A stretch of 55,048 nt of DNA from NCBI RefSeq assembly GCF_001194135.2, contig NC_068985.1, positions 33,112,603-33,167,650 of the forward strand. The letters run 5' to 3'. The notes below the pieces were generated by a model. The model ran no database searches. It worked only from the letters and a program-made list of their open reading frames with translations, and had not been told where the DNA came from. How positions within the stretch are numbered: the first letter of the stretch is position 1; each line of letters opens with the position of its first letter. This document shows positions 1 through 12,855 of the stretch, in pieces. The DNA is from Octopus bimaculoides. Taxonomy: Eukaryota. A program made the translations under genes and the position numbers.

Positions 1-390
1 AATTGCTTTATCTACCCTGGTACTGTCAATTCGGATAGCTGGTCCCTCTATTGGGTCGACATTTGGCAGACCCACTTTCTCCCATTCATTCTCTTTATTG
101 AGCAATCTTTCATAGTGGCGTCTCCAAACCTCTTTCTTTGCAGCCTCGTTTAGTGCAAGCGTACCATCATCCATGCGAACACATTTCTCTCCCACGACAT
201 CACGATTCTCTCACACACACACTGTCTAGCAACACGAAATACTTCAAGTCTTTGGTCCTCACGGCACAGAACATTGGCAAATTTTTTCTTATCTGCTTCC
301 CCGTTCTTCCAGTCCTTCCAAGCCTGTTTCTTTTGTCTAATAGCCCTGTCAACCACATTGTTCCACCACCACCACGTTACTCTGGGTCAA
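1..390 (-). mobile_element. RTE-clade LINE internal fragment (region upstream of RT), decayed
   Basis: Minus-strand translation VDRAIRQKKQAWKDWKNG..EADKKKFANVL.REDQRLEVFRVARQC..HYERLLNKENEWEKVGLPNVDPIEGPAIRIDSTRVDKAI resembles RTE ORF; frameshifted; runs off the window edge. Confidence 0.8.
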
Positions 391-489
391 GTGGGAACTT
401 TATGTATGTATGTATATAAATGTGTATATATGTATATAAATGTGTGTATATATGTATATGAATGTCTATTTATATATGTATATAAATGG

Positions 490-1160
490 CAGTGAAACAT
501 GGTCTGTGATAGCCAGAAATGAGGCCAGTATACTTCACTGGATGTGCAATATCAGTGTGCATATATGACAGAGTAAACCTCTTGAGAAGAAAATTGAGCA
601 TAAGAGGCATCAGATGTGGTGTACAAGAGAGACAATTGCGTCTGTATGGTCATGTGATGCATATGGACTAGGACAGCTGTGTAAAGAAGTGCTGATCACT
701 AACTGTGGAGGGAACCTGTGGTAGAGGTACACCCAGGAAGACATGGGACGAGATGGTGAAGCCATGAAGGCAAGTGAAATGATAGTCATGAGTGATGCTG
801 GTGTCACATAAGTGGCACCTGTGCCAGTAGCACATAAAAAGCACCTTTCAAGCATTGGGCCTCACAGAAGCATTGGCCGAGAACTTTGGCATTATGTCAT
901 GCTTGAGAGGAAGACCCATCAAGCCAAGTGAAATTGCAGTCATGGCAGATACCAGTGTCATGTAAATGGCATCCATGCCGGTGGCACATAAAAGCACCTG
1001 TAACACTCTTGGAGTGGTTGGCATTAGGAAGGCCATCCAGCCATAGAAACCATGCCAAATCAAACTGGAGTCTGGTGCAGTCTTCCAACTTGCCAGCTCT
1101 GGCCAAGCCATCTAACCCATGCCATCCTGGGCAACAGAACTAAATGATGATGATGATGAT
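490..1160 (+). mobile_element. RTE LINE 3' end (C-terminal coding remnant, 3' UTR, (GAT)n tail)
   Basis: Remnant RGIRCGVQERQLRLYGHVMHMD..GTCGRGTPRKTWDEMVK, then the family 3' UTR (catccagccatagaaaccatgcc..aacccatgcc) ending in (GAT)n. Confidence 0.8.
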
Positions 1161-1190
1161 ATGTTCACATACACAAAATCATACACACAC

Positions 1191-1191
<1 letters not shown>

Positions 1192-1229
<38 letters not shown>

Positions 1230-1239
1230 NNNNNNNNNN

Positions 1240-1277
<38 letters not shown>

Positions 1278-1375
1278 AACCCATGCCAGTATGGAAAATG
1301 GAGGTTAAAGAATGACAGAACATACATGCATACATACATACATACATACATGCATACATTCATTCATTCATTCAT
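1192..1375. repeat. (TA)n and (CATA)n/(CATT)n microsatellites with a 10-N gap
   Basis: Seen directly; source of the spurious IYIYIY ORFs. Confidence 0.95.
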
Positions 1376-1704
1376 ATTTGTATATGAGTTGACTGAATCA
1401 GAAACTGAAAAAAGAAGTATGGTGAAGGGATAGAATTTACTACTAAAATGGTACATGAAACATTTTCTTGCTTTTAACATTATAAATATCTGAGTTTGTT
1501 AACAAACTGCTTTATGATAATTCTTAACATGTAGTTTGATGTATTCTGTTACCTTTGCATGCAGTGTTGTATGAGTTGCATAATAAAATCATATGCACAT
1601 ACATGCACATTTGAATTTTTTTTTATGTCTGATACTTTGATATATTTGTATCAAATTTCTTTGGCTGTTGGCTTAAATTTCTTTTTAAATTAATTTCTTT
1701 GCAG

Positions 1705-2101
1705 GCTTAAAAGAAAATATCAAGAGCCTGCTGTCCTCTTTCAGAATACATTCTATGCTCAGATGAAAAATGACAGTGAGACTGTACCTGCAGTGCCAAT
1801 TACAGAAGCTGTTGCCAATAATACCTACTGGAATACAAATGATATGAATGTCTTATATGAAGAAGTCAGCAAACCAACAAACCATGGGGTCAATGATATG
1901 GAAAATGCTCTCTCGAATAACATCAACAAAACATGCACAGCTGAGGCAGGTGCTGTGGCTTCTGGATATGACAGTAAACTAGACAAAGATGCTAATAAGC
2001 ATCATACAGTGAAAGTAATGAACAACGAAATTCATGTAGAATCAGAACAGAATGTAATCAATGAAAATTTATATGAAGATATGGCTGCACTAAAGAAGTG
2101 A
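1705..2101 (+). CDS. Terminal coding exon of an unidentified gene (upstream exons outside the window)
   Basis: Acceptor tttctttgcag at 1694-1704; phase-2 open frame LKRKYQEPAVLFQNTFYAQMKNDSET...ENLYEDMAALKK to TGA 2099-2101; complex non-repetitive peptide. Confidence 0.7.
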
Positions 2102-2561
2102 CAATGTAGCTACTGTTAAGTTGTTAGCTAACAGTAAATGGTTGGTGCAGTATTAATACTCATACAATGTGAAAAACAGAATGATTGAAAACAGAGCCAT
2201 AAACAAAGCGTTTCACAAATTATGAAACACTTATTTTATTGGTCAATTTTATCAACCCCAGTACTTGTTTAGTACTTCATGTTTTAAATATGAAGTTCAA
2301 TCAAATGTCCACTTTAGAATATTGGTCACGATTCAGTTAACTTGATTATACATTATTAGGAAATATTTCAGATGTTATTCTTTTGTAATATTTTCTGTTA
2401 AGTTTCTTAATTTTTGTTTTTTTATCAATGAAGAAAGACCTTATTGCAGACATTGATATTGTTATAGTTCTCAACTAGTTTGTACCATCATCATATCATG
2501 ATCACACACTGGTATCCTTTCAAATTGTTTCAGCATTCCATTTGTACATCATGATTCTAAT

Positions 2562-3655
2562 CATCATCATCATCATCGTTTAACGTCCGCTTTCCATGCT
2601 AGCATGGGTTGGACAATTTGACTGAGGACTGGTGAAACCGGATGGCAACACCAGGCTCCAATCTAATTTGGCAGAGTTTCTACAGCTGGATGTCCTTCCT
2701 AACGCCAACCACTCAGAGAGTGTAGTGAGTGCTTTTACGTGTCACCCGCACGAAAACGGCCACGCTCGAAATGGTGTCTTTTATGTGCCNNNNNNNNNNN
2801 NNNNNNNNNNNNNNNNNNNNNNNNNNNNNNNNNNNNNNNNNNNNNNNNNNNNNNNNNNNNNNNNNNNNNNNNNNNNNNNNNNNNNNNNNNNNNNNNNNNN
2901 NNNNNNNNNNNNNNNNNNNNNNNNNNNNNNNNNNNNNNNNNNNNNNNNNNNNNNNNNNNNNNNNNNNNNNNNNNNNNNNNNNNNNNNNNNNNNNNNNNNN
3001 NNNNNNNNNNNNNNNNNNNNNNNNNNNNNNNNNNNNNNNNNNNNNNNNNNNNNNNNNNNNNNNNNNNNNNNNNNNNNNNNNNNNNNNNNNNNNNNNNNNN
3101 NNNNNNNNNNNNNNNNNNNNNNNNNNNNNNNNNNNNNNNNNNNNNNNNNNNNNNNNNNNNNNNNNNNNNNNNNNNNNNNNNNNNNNNNNNNNNNNNNNNN
3201 NNNNNNNNNNNNNNNNNNNNNNNNNNNNNNNNNNNNNNNNNNNNNNNNNNNNNNNNNNNNNNNNNNNNNNNNNNNNNNNNNNNNNNNNNNCCTTTTACTC
3301 TGAGTGAGAGTCCCTTTGTCGCCAGCAGGGGTAAGAGCTCTCTAAACTTTGCCCAGGCTATTCTTATTCTAGCAGCTAAACTTTCAGCGCACCCACCCCC
3401 ACTACTAACTTGGTCGCTCAGATAGCGGAAGCTATCGACTACCCCTGGAATGAGATAGAAGTTGTTTCCTGTTTGTTTACTGTCTTTATTGCACCTGAAC
3501 ATCTGCCACAAACAAAAACTAACTTGCTAGTTAACCTGCCTTTGATGTTGCTGCACCTCTTATGTGTCCATAGCTTGCACCGGGTACATCTTATAGAGTT
3601 ACTACCTACTCCTTGTCTACATACTGAGCAGAGCCATCTAATCAACTTATATATT
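2562..3655 (-). mobile_element. 5'-truncated RTE LINE (RT C-terminal region plus 3' tail), spanning an N gap
   Basis: Minus peptides WLCSVCRQGVGSNSIRCTRCKLWTHKRCS and FRYLSDQVSSGGGCAESLAARIRIAWAKFRELLPLLATKGLSLRVK; 3' UTR with (GAT)n tail at 2562-2789 is nearly identical to the copy at 45100-45370. Confidence 0.85.
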
Positions 3656-4146
3656 CATTTTTGATATAAAAATTTATTACTCGAAGCAATTTTTTTTTCT
3701 GGTGAAAAATCACTCACCTGCATCTATAGAAACAAAGTAAATGAAACTTTGCAAGTCCTAGTCAATTGCTAATGTACTTTAGAATCATATTCTTTGTTTG
3801 AAACAAACAAACACACACACATTACAGACTCACTCATACACAATCTTCAGTCTGCTTCCTTCATGCATTGTTCTCTAAATTTTGTTTATCAACCTATATA
3901 TTTATTGTCTGAAATGTCAGTATTATATATTCACTTGAGAATTGGATAAACTTTAAATATAAGGTAAAATATTTCTACTCTCTAAAAAGTAAAAAAAAAA
4001 AACTTCCACAAAACACTCATGCTTAGTGTTGAAATTATTTTGTATTGTCATATTTGACATTGTTTGTATTTTATTTTATTTTTTTCCTTTTCCCTTCAAT
4101 TAAATTTTGATGCAATTAGAAACTGAACACAAAGCCATATATTTAA

Positions 4147-4370
4147 CACTTTTGTTACTATATTTCCATTGAAATACACTGCCTTTTGTTTCAATTACTT
4201 TTGAAAATGGTGAAGAATTTAGTTAAGTAACTTTGTCATTATTTAAGCTGGTGTTTAGAATATAAAGTAACATGAAATTCTGATGAAAGGTTTTAATTTA
4301 GGACATTTTAAAATAGTGAATTTGTATCATGGGACTAGAAGAAGTCTCGAGAGGGATGGTATCAAAAGGG
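4147..4370. mobile_element. piggyBac-like MITE
   Basis: TTAA at 4143-4146 and 4371-4374; imperfect TIRs cacttttgttac / gtatcaaaaggg. Confidence 0.6.
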
Positions 4371-4683
4371 TTAAACTCGATAAAGCAGTTGTAACCATGC
4401 AGTTTTACATTTAAAGCCAGTCATTTCATAAATGAGGCTTGGTGACTGCTTGGTTTTGGGGATGACTTGCAAATCACCGAAAATCAGGTTGCCACAGTTA
4501 TTTGTCTCTACTTGGTTAAGGAAGGGGAAGTTCCAATCCATTTCTATAGCTCAGTGGTTAGCAATACAAAGTGTACCCAGCTGCACAAAATGTTGTTTTC
4601 AACAGCATTAACAACTAAAACAAACCCTTCCATTTTCATGCTTTCTTAATAGTTTGAAAACTGCATAATAATAAAAATAATAA

Positions 4684-4891
4684 TTCTTTCTACTGGAAGC
4701 ATAAGGCCTCAAATTTTGGGGAAGGGATTAAGTTGATTACATCGACCCCAGTGCGTAACTGGTACTTATTTAATCAACCCTGAAAAGATGAAACTCAACC
4801 TCGGTGGAATTTGAACTCAGAATGTAGCAGCAGACAAAATACTGCTAAGTATTTCACCCAGCGTGCTAATGATTCTGCCAGCTCACCGCCT
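4684..4891 (-). mobile_element. tRNA-derived SINE (aggcggcgagctggcaga-head family)
   Basis: Reverse complement of the head and body seen at 48915 and 35682. Confidence 0.8.
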
Positions 4892-4921
4892 TAATAATAA
4901 TAATAATGATAATGATAATGT

Positions 4922-5240
4922 GGACAATGAAGAGAGTAACTATCATCTCAGTAGTTGTATAGGGGCACTTGAAGCGTTAGCAACCAAGTTTAAGACATTT
5001 GACATGAGAGCAGAGCATGCCCCAAAAACTGCTCTATTGGGGACAGCTAAGATTTTCAGATTGATACTTGGGTGTTGAGTATCTTCTATGATACTTAACA
5101 GCTATGTACCAAGTCTTATAATTTGTGGAAAGAGACCTTGTGAGACTTTTGACAACAGGATGCTGCTCTCACAGGATTAACAAGAGCAAATAAGATCAAG
5201 ATCTCTGAGAAATCATAAATATACTAATAATAATGATGAT
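4922..5240 (+). mobile_element. R4/Dong-like (RLE) LINE 3' fragment, copy 1
   Basis: IGALEALATKFKTFDMRAEHAPKTALLGTAKIFRLILGC* resembles the RLE C-terminus (GALG...QKTALLGTARI); flanked by (TAA)n/(GAT)n. Confidence 0.65.
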
Positions 5241-5560
5241 GATGATGGTTTCTCACTTAACTACAACACCAGCTGTATTAATGAGAGTGTGTTAGTCAGT
5301 TATATCAACCCCAGTACTCATTTAGTATATCATGTTATCAACCTCAAAGGGATTTGAACTCAGAATGTAAAGAACCAGAATAATTATAGCAAGGCATTCT
5401 TTTTTTTTTTTCTGCCCCCTAATGCTCTAATGATGTTGTCAATCCACTGCCTTTACTTGTTTCTAATTTTGGCACAAAGCCAGCAATTTGGGGGGGAAGT
5501 GTTAGTTTATTACATCATTTCTTCACCACTTCACTGCTTAACTAATAATGATAATAATGC

Positions 5561-5722
5561 AGACAATGAAGAGAGTAACTATCATCCCAGTAGTTGTAGG
5601 GGCACTCAGAGCATAAACAACCAAGTTTGAGAAATATGTCAGAGAAATTGGAATTGACATGAGGGCAGAGCATGCCTCAAAAGCTGCTCTGTTGGGGACA
5701 GCTAGGATTTTTATCAGCCTCA
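5561..5722 (+). mobile_element. R4/Dong-like LINE 3' fragment, copy 2
   Basis: Same 5' junction (gacaatgaagagagtaactatcatc) as 4922; RAEHASKAALLGTARIF. Confidence 0.6.
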
Positions 5723-6130
5723 GAGAAATGAAAAGCAAATTGAACCCTGGTACAATTGAATCTCAAGACATAAAAGAGCTAGAAGAAATACTGCAAGGTA
5801 TTGTCTCCAATGCTCTCATGATACTGTCAATCCACTACAATAATAATAATTATTATTATTATTAGTGGTGGTGGTGGTGGTGGTGGTGGTGGCAGTAGCG
5901 GCGGCAGCGGTGGTGGTATGGGGGCATACACTGTAACAGCATGTCACTGCATCACCATTTGTTGGTGATTTCCTATTTCTGTTGGATAATGCTTTTGCAC
6001 CACTTGGCAACAACTCTTCAAGATTTGAGGAGACTTGTCACCAAACCTCAAGATAAAATGCCTGCTAACTAAATTAATATGCACTAACGTAATAATAATA
6101 ATAATAATAATGATGATGATGATAATTACA

Positions 6131-6358
6131 ATAATAATGGTTTCAAAATTTTTGCACTAGGCCAGCAATTTTAGGTGGAGGGGGCAAGTCAATCATATTG
6201 ACCCTAATACTTAACTGGTAATTTATTCTATCAATCCCAAAAGAATGAAAGGTAAAGTTGGCTTTCAGTGAAATTTGGACTCAGAACATGAAAAAGATAA
6301 AAGAATGCCACTTGGCGTGTTGTCACGCAGGCTCATGATTATGCTGGCTCAACCCCTT
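6131..6358 (-). mobile_element. tRNA-derived SINE, decayed
   Basis: Similar to 4684-4891; flanked by (TAA)n. Confidence 0.7.
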
Positions 6359-6384
6359 ATTATTATTATTTATTTATTTATTTA

Positions 6385-6690
6385 TTTATTTATGCGCACT
6401 TTTTAAAGCCTAGCCAGGCTCATGGGCCCGGTTTCTGTGGCGTATGTGTTCCCCCCCAGCTGGACGGGATGCCAGTCCATCACAGCATTACTCAAGAAAC
6501 AGGAAGAAAGAGTGAGAGAAAGTTGGGGCGAAAGAGTACAACACGGGTCACCACCACCCTTTGCCGGAGCCTCGTGGAGCTGAGGTGTATTCGCTCAATA
6601 AACACACACAATGCCCGGTCTGGGAATCGAAACTGTGATCCTCCGACCACAAGTCCGCTGCCCTAACCACTGGGCCATTGCGCCTCCACA
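6385..6690 (-). mobile_element. tRNA-derived SINE (tggaggcgcaatggcccagtggttagggcagcg head)
   Basis: Minus strand starts with a tRNA-like A box and B box (ggttcgattccc-like); head and core shared with 18505-18828. Confidence 0.8.
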
Positions 6691-6729
6691 TTATTATTAT
6701 TATTATTATTATTATTAATAATAATAATA

Positions 6730-6920
6730 ATAATCCTTTCTACTATAGACACAAGACCTGAAATTTTGAGGGGATGGGGAATTCAGTTACATCAATTTCA
6801 GTACTTGGACAAAAGGCAAAGTTGACCTCAGCTGAATTTAAACTCAGAATGTGGAGCTGGAAGAAATGCCACCAAGCATTTGTCCAGCATGCTAGTAATT
6901 CTGTTGGCTCATTGCCTTCA
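6730..6920 (-). mobile_element. tRNA-derived SINE, decayed
   Basis: Same family as 4684-4891. Confidence 0.65.
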
Positions 6921-7319
6921 AAATAATAATAATATAGTCTTGCACATCAGCCTCTTATTAGCTTGGGAAACCCCAAAAATTATCTAAAAAGAAAAAGATC
7001 TCCATGCCACTTTTTTCACAGGTATTATCCTACTCCAACATTGTATTGTGGGTAAAGAAGTATAGGGCTAAATAAATAATTGGTTTTTGTTTGATAAAAA
7101 TTCATATCGTACCTATAAAATTACCATATTCTATGCTTATAAACACCAAAAATGTGAACTATAAATATCATAAATATCAAAGCAGATATTGAATATACTA
7201 GATGTTGTTTTACTAGTGTTTCATTATCACACTATCATTTGCTGGTAAAAGGAGGTCACCATGTATATCAGTGATAAGAATAATAATACATACAAAAAAG
7301 TGCTATAATATATGGTTAC

Positions 7320-7700
7320 ATCATCATCCTCAACATTTAACATCCATGCTGGCATGGGCTGGAAGCTTGACAGGAACTGGCAAGGCCAGGGGCCACCCCA
7401 AGTTTCATAGTCTGTTTTGGCTTAGTTTCTTCAGCTGGATGCCCTTCCTAATGCCAACCATTTTACTGAGTGTACTAGGAGCTTTTTAAGTGGAACCATC
7501 ACAGTGCTTTTTACATGGTACCATCACAGTGCTTTTTATGTAGAACCAGCATCAATACCAATATTTTTACGTGGCACTTTGGTTTTAGGATACCAATTCT
7601 GTTGTGGTGGGCAGGTCTTCTTGAGTACAGCTATGCACTACATATCTCAGTCCTGTTACCTCCTTCATAAAGCTCAGCATTTTGAGATTGGCTTTCAATA
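7320..7700 (-). mobile_element. RTE 3'-tail derived repeat
   Basis: catcatcat..catttaacatccatgctggcatggg..ctggatgcccttcctaatgccaacca family sequence. Confidence 0.7.
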
Positions 7701-8269
7701 ATTCATGTTTTTTAAAATTTTCAAGTCAATACGACACATTACCTTAGTAAGTCAGTCCTTTCAATTTACTATCACATTGAAATTTAAATAACTTCCTGAC
7801 TATTCATGTTAAATTAAGAAGAAAAAATTAAGATACATAGTTATTTCAAGATGTTACTTATATGGAAATAGGGTTAGTATACTTATGTTTTGTTACATTG
7901 ATTAACTAAGTTTACAACTGAATAGATGCTGCTTATGAATGTATTTAGGTGAGTGTCTTATCAAAGGCTTCATATTTTACCTCTTTCTAAAAAATGTTCT
8001 TTAATAAGAAAGTACTACTTTTTAGACGTCCCTGTTAGGAAAAAGCAATTAAAGAAAATTCATAGAAAAGTCTGATTACTCACAAATTTTCACAATGAGG
8101 AGTATTTCTGTTTTCAATTTTTAATATTTTAAAAATTACACTCATTTTGATTGTTAATTTTGAAAGATATTAACTCTAGAATTATTTTAAATAAGGTTTT
8201 CTTTGCATTGTAGTACTAATGTCAACTAATCAATAGTTCTTTTTTATAATTCACTGATATATTACCAAT

Positions 8270-8600
8270 TGATTAACAACTTGTGTGGTAAACTGTTTGC
8301 TTTCTAAACACGCAGTTCCAGGTTCAGTCCTATTGTGTGGTATCTTGGGCAAGCTTCTTCTAGTACAGCTCCAGGTCAACCAAAGCCATGTAAGAAGCCA
8401 GTCATATGTATGTGTGTGTGCCTTTGTTTGCATTTTACCGCTGTTACTGCTTGATAACTGGTGTGGTTTGTTTACATCCCCATAACTTAAAGGCTTGGCA
8501 AAAGAGCCCAACAGGATAGGCACCAGACTTTAAAAAAAATATAAAAATATGTACTGGGGTTGATTTGTTTGATTAAATCCTTCAGGGTGATGCCACATCT
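8270..8600 (+). mobile_element. tRNA-derived SINE (gtgtggtaag..ggttcagtccc family), decayed
   Basis: Similar to 12385-12837, 26125-26260 and 41322-41470. Confidence 0.7.
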
Positions 8601-9677
8601 AATGGTTGAAATAATTAAAAAATAAGATAAGTCATATTATCAACTATGAAGTTTTCTTGTAGACATTTAGTGTAACCATTTAATAATGGCTGAAACCACA
8701 CAGTAGCTTTTGTGAAATCTCAATGCATTTTATAGTTCCTCATCTCTTTACTCTTAAAAGAAAATTGAACATCATTTAAGAGACATGGAGATGTACATAT
8801 GATTAAGATAGCTAACCACAAGACTCATATATCATAAATTATATCTTATATCTATCTCTGTTGTTGTCACTAACTAAGAAACCAATATTATTTGAAAGAT
8901 GGTATGTCTTATTTTTCTGACATGTTATAAATTATTACTCTTACATTATCTTTTGCAAAGTTCAGTTTCTGAATTTTTTTTAGTCCTTTCACATTCTATT
9001 GACAAATGATAATGGCAACAAATAATTTCAGACAGAAATTCTTTCAGTGAAGCAGTGAAAAGAAATTCCAGATATGTCTCTACATCAAAATATATATACA
9101 ATTAGGATTCCTCACAATCTCTTATCATTCAATATGAGAAACGTTTAAATGCCAAATTACAAAAGAAAACAAAATCAGTTACTTTCTACTATAACCATTC
9201 GTACTTCACTTACAATACAGTCCATTTAATATGAATGTGCCAAAAATGTCAACATTACAAAGGTTATGAGAAAGGTGGAAAATATATTATGAATTTATTT
9301 TTTGACACGTTTTGTTTTGAATTTTGTCATTGAATTTTTTTAAGTACTTTATAATACAATTTCAATCAAACATTACAAGCGTGAAAAATACAAATGAGTC
9401 TTATATTGCTAAATGTTCATTCATTAAGTTGAAAACAGACATCATTTTTCAGCTGTGACCACCAATTTTATATGTGAATTGCACATTATTTCACCCTTGT
9501 AAAGTAATTTAATATTTAAATAAATTTTTTTAAATTTTCCAGTTATCATAAAGAAAGGCTTTTCTATGGATTAATAAAAACAAAGTTGCAACAAAAATAT
9601 GCCCAAAATTTTACATATAAGTATGGGTAGTGGCCTCAATTCAATAAGGGAAATAACTTGTCTGAAGGAACAAGTCA

Positions 9678-9773
9678 CTCTCTCTCTCTCTCTCTCTCTC
9701 CCTCTCTCTCTCTCTCTCTTTCTCTCTCTCCCTTTCTCTCTCTCCCCCTCTCTCTCTCTCTCACACACACACA
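9678..9773. repeat. (CT)n followed by (CA)n microsatellite
   Basis: Seen directly. Confidence 0.95.
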
Positions 9774-12384
9774 CCATGCAGGAATGCATATTAGTACTCT
9801 CTAATAAGAGAAATGACTCATAGCAATCACTGTCATGACAGTGAAATTGTATGTATATATATTTTATATCAATTATCATATCTTTGCTTATTATTTCTTT
9901 TATTTAAATCTAGATTATTGGCATAAAATATATAAACTGAGACTGGTAAAAGAAAATGAATACTAGAAACTTTTAGAAATATCCCATATCTATGAAAGAG
10001 GGAACTTGTATAGATGGAAAAAAAGTGCTAATCCAGTTCCTCTTTGCATCTAAATTCAACTTTTTACACTTTTGCTTTAGCCTGGCCTGTTCTATGTTTT
10101 GATTTTGTTTGTTTTTTTTAGTTTTTTTCAAAGAAATGTGAGTGACTTGATCTTACTTTAGTTATCTCATGGAGACATTTTGTCTCTATAAAAATTGTTT
10201 AGCCCAAATCCGGCATTCTTATTTTTCAAACATGTAGGAACATGTCATTCAATGTGTTCTATTTTTAAAGATGGTGTGAATGTGATTTGAAGATTTAGCT
10301 GTTATTTCTAGTAGATAGAGTGGCCATATAGAGGTTCTGTAGAGCAAAAGGAAAGAGTCAGTAAGCAAAACTGGCTGAATCTTCAGTAAAATAAATTTCC
10401 ACTATATTGTGTGTGCATATGAAAACGTTTAGAGATACAGATATCTCTAGTTCTAGTTAGCTACCATAACAAGCACATAAACTGAATTTTCAATGTTTAA
10501 TCAAAGTAGACTCTTCATACTTTACAGTAGAAGTAAGTTTTTTTTCCCCCTTTTACAAGTAAGTATTGCAGCTATGTTGCAGCTTGTATCAACTTTCAAG
10601 GCATTTAAAGGAAGTTTCTCTCATTTTCTTCTTTTGCTTTCAACTTTCTTTCTCTATATCGAAATGTCATACCTGTTGCACTTTATTCTCATAAGTAAAT
10701 TGTAAAGAGGGACTGCTAACTAATAAAACTCATTTAATTACAGGATGTCTTCTTTTTACATGAATAAACTTCCATTCACTATTACATATTCTACTGCAAA
10801 ACAGATTGGGATATTTGACAATTAAGGTACATCACTATTCCATTGGCATAGATCATCAAGAGGTCTTTCAGTTAGTTTACTTTGCCATAATATGCAGAAA
10901 AGATTGTAAAGTTTAAATATTTGTAATAATTTAGTTGAATTATATTATATCACTTGCCAGTATGACAATTTATTTCTGTTTGTTTTGCATTTTTTTTTTT
11001 TTTTGTATGGATATTTTTACTTCATTATTTTCTTTATATCCTCATATTTGACATCTCAGTAAGGCATCATCATTTATAGATTTAACAAAATTCACCTTCC
11101 AAGAAATGTGCCACTTTGACACCATAATTGCACTTATTAATATATCGATGAAAAGGTCTTAAGCTCAGAATTTTTGAGGATTGTTTAATCAAAATGGACC
11201 CTTCATACTAAAGTCACTTTTTAAAAAAATCATTTATGGCTTGCTCTTAAGTTTTCATTTATTTTATTTTGTTTTTCAGAAAAGTTTTGCTCTGACAATA
11301 ACTTTCCTAACATGACTTTACCACTGCTACACTGTTACACTTACAAAATGCAGTTCATGAAAGAACTAAGATTATTAAAATATCAACACTGTTGTTTTTA
11401 ATATTTGAACAATATATCGAAATATTCAAATTCTAATTATTTCACATTTTACAAAGTATTGTGTAGTTTTAAATATATAAATATATACTTTATTTTTTTT
11501 AAAAAAATCTCCCTTTCATCATTTTTACAATAACCATAAATCACAGGTAAGAGGAGTAAACTGACATCACTCAATTGAAAATCAAATCTTTTCTTTGCAA
11601 ATTCTGATCATTTAGACACAGATTTGCATTTGCATGTGTGCGTGCATGTGTTATCTATGCATTTATGCAAGTGTATATGCATTCATGAGTGCATGTATGT
11701 ATATATGTGTATGTACTCCTGACTATTCATCAGACACACTCTCCTATGAGTGAACATCACCCTTCTACACTTCTAACTGCTACTACTATCCATCCCTCTC
11801 CCCCAGTTACTCATTAATTTCTGTCACACTCTCGCACCTTTGACCATTTCCACAACTAACTATCACTTGCTCTCTCTTGTTAGCAAACATGGAGCTTCCA
11901 TTAGTCTCTTTCTTATTACCATCAGCTATTACTATCTCTTTTATTTCTCAATTCTTATCTCATTCCAGTTCATTTTCTGCAATCATCTTTTCTACTCAGT
12001 CTGTTGGTCATTTTACCCAGAATGAACAGTGAAGACCTTTTTCTCTTGTGGGGAACATGACAATCTCACTATCACTGATGCATTTCATGCATCAGTGTTT
12101 GCACAACGAGTAGGAAAAGGATGACTCCATAGGCTTGTCTTATCAAAGACATAACAAGACCTCAAGTGCTGGTGCCATGGTAAAATGCACCCAGTAAACC
12201 CAGTGGTTGGTGCTAGAAAAAGCATCTGACTATAGAAACCAAGCCTAAACAAGACATGGTTCTCTGGCCCATGTAGGAGGGTTGTAACTCGAAATGAGAA
12301 CTGATTCATATCTTGATGGCCCATTCATATTATTCTAGCATGGAAAGCAAACATAAAATAATAATGATGATACATATATATATA

Positions 12385-12837
12385 TTCTTTTATTTGTTTC
12401 AGTCATTTGACAGCGGCCATGCTGGAGCACCGTCTTTAGTCGAGCAAATCGACCCCAGGACTTATTCTTTGTAAGCCTACTACTTATTCTATCGGTCTCT
12501 GTTGCTGAACCACTAAGTTACAGGGACGTAAACACACCAGCATCGGTTGTCAAGCAATGCTGGGAGGACAAACACAGACACACAAACATATACATACATA
12601 TATATATATATACGACGAGCTTCTTTCAGTTTCCCCCTACCAAATCCACTCACAAGGCTTTGGTTGGCCCAAGGCTATAGTAGAAGACACTTAGCCACGG
12701 TGCCATGCAGTGGGACTGAACCTGAGACCATGTGGTTGATAAGCAAGCTACTTACCACATAGCCGCTCCTGCACCTATACTTACCACACAGCCACTTCTG
12801 TGCCTATACTTACCACACAGCCACTCCTGCGCCTATG
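12385..12837 (-). mobile_element. Near full-length tRNA-derived SINE with triplicated 29-bp 5' head
   Basis: Family body (cagtcatttgacagcggccatgctggagcacc..aaggctttggttggccc) plus three tandem acttaccacayagcc.ctyctgygcctat units at 12750-12836. Confidence 0.85.
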
Positions 12838-12855
12838 TATATATATTAATGAGTA

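Noticed and set aside
1112-1433. IYIYIY / MYVCMY ORFs (also 15235-15708 and 40795-41679)
   Set aside because: Translations of microsatellites and N runs
2632-3511. Long ORFs spanning N gaps (also 34686-35099, 51192-51864, 53116-53630)
   Set aside because: Length is an artefact of Ns containing no stop codons
6600-6690. SINE heads as true tRNA genes (also 12700-12836 and 48915-48990)
   Set aside because: A/B boxes are present, but no complete cloverleaf, and each continues into a SINE body
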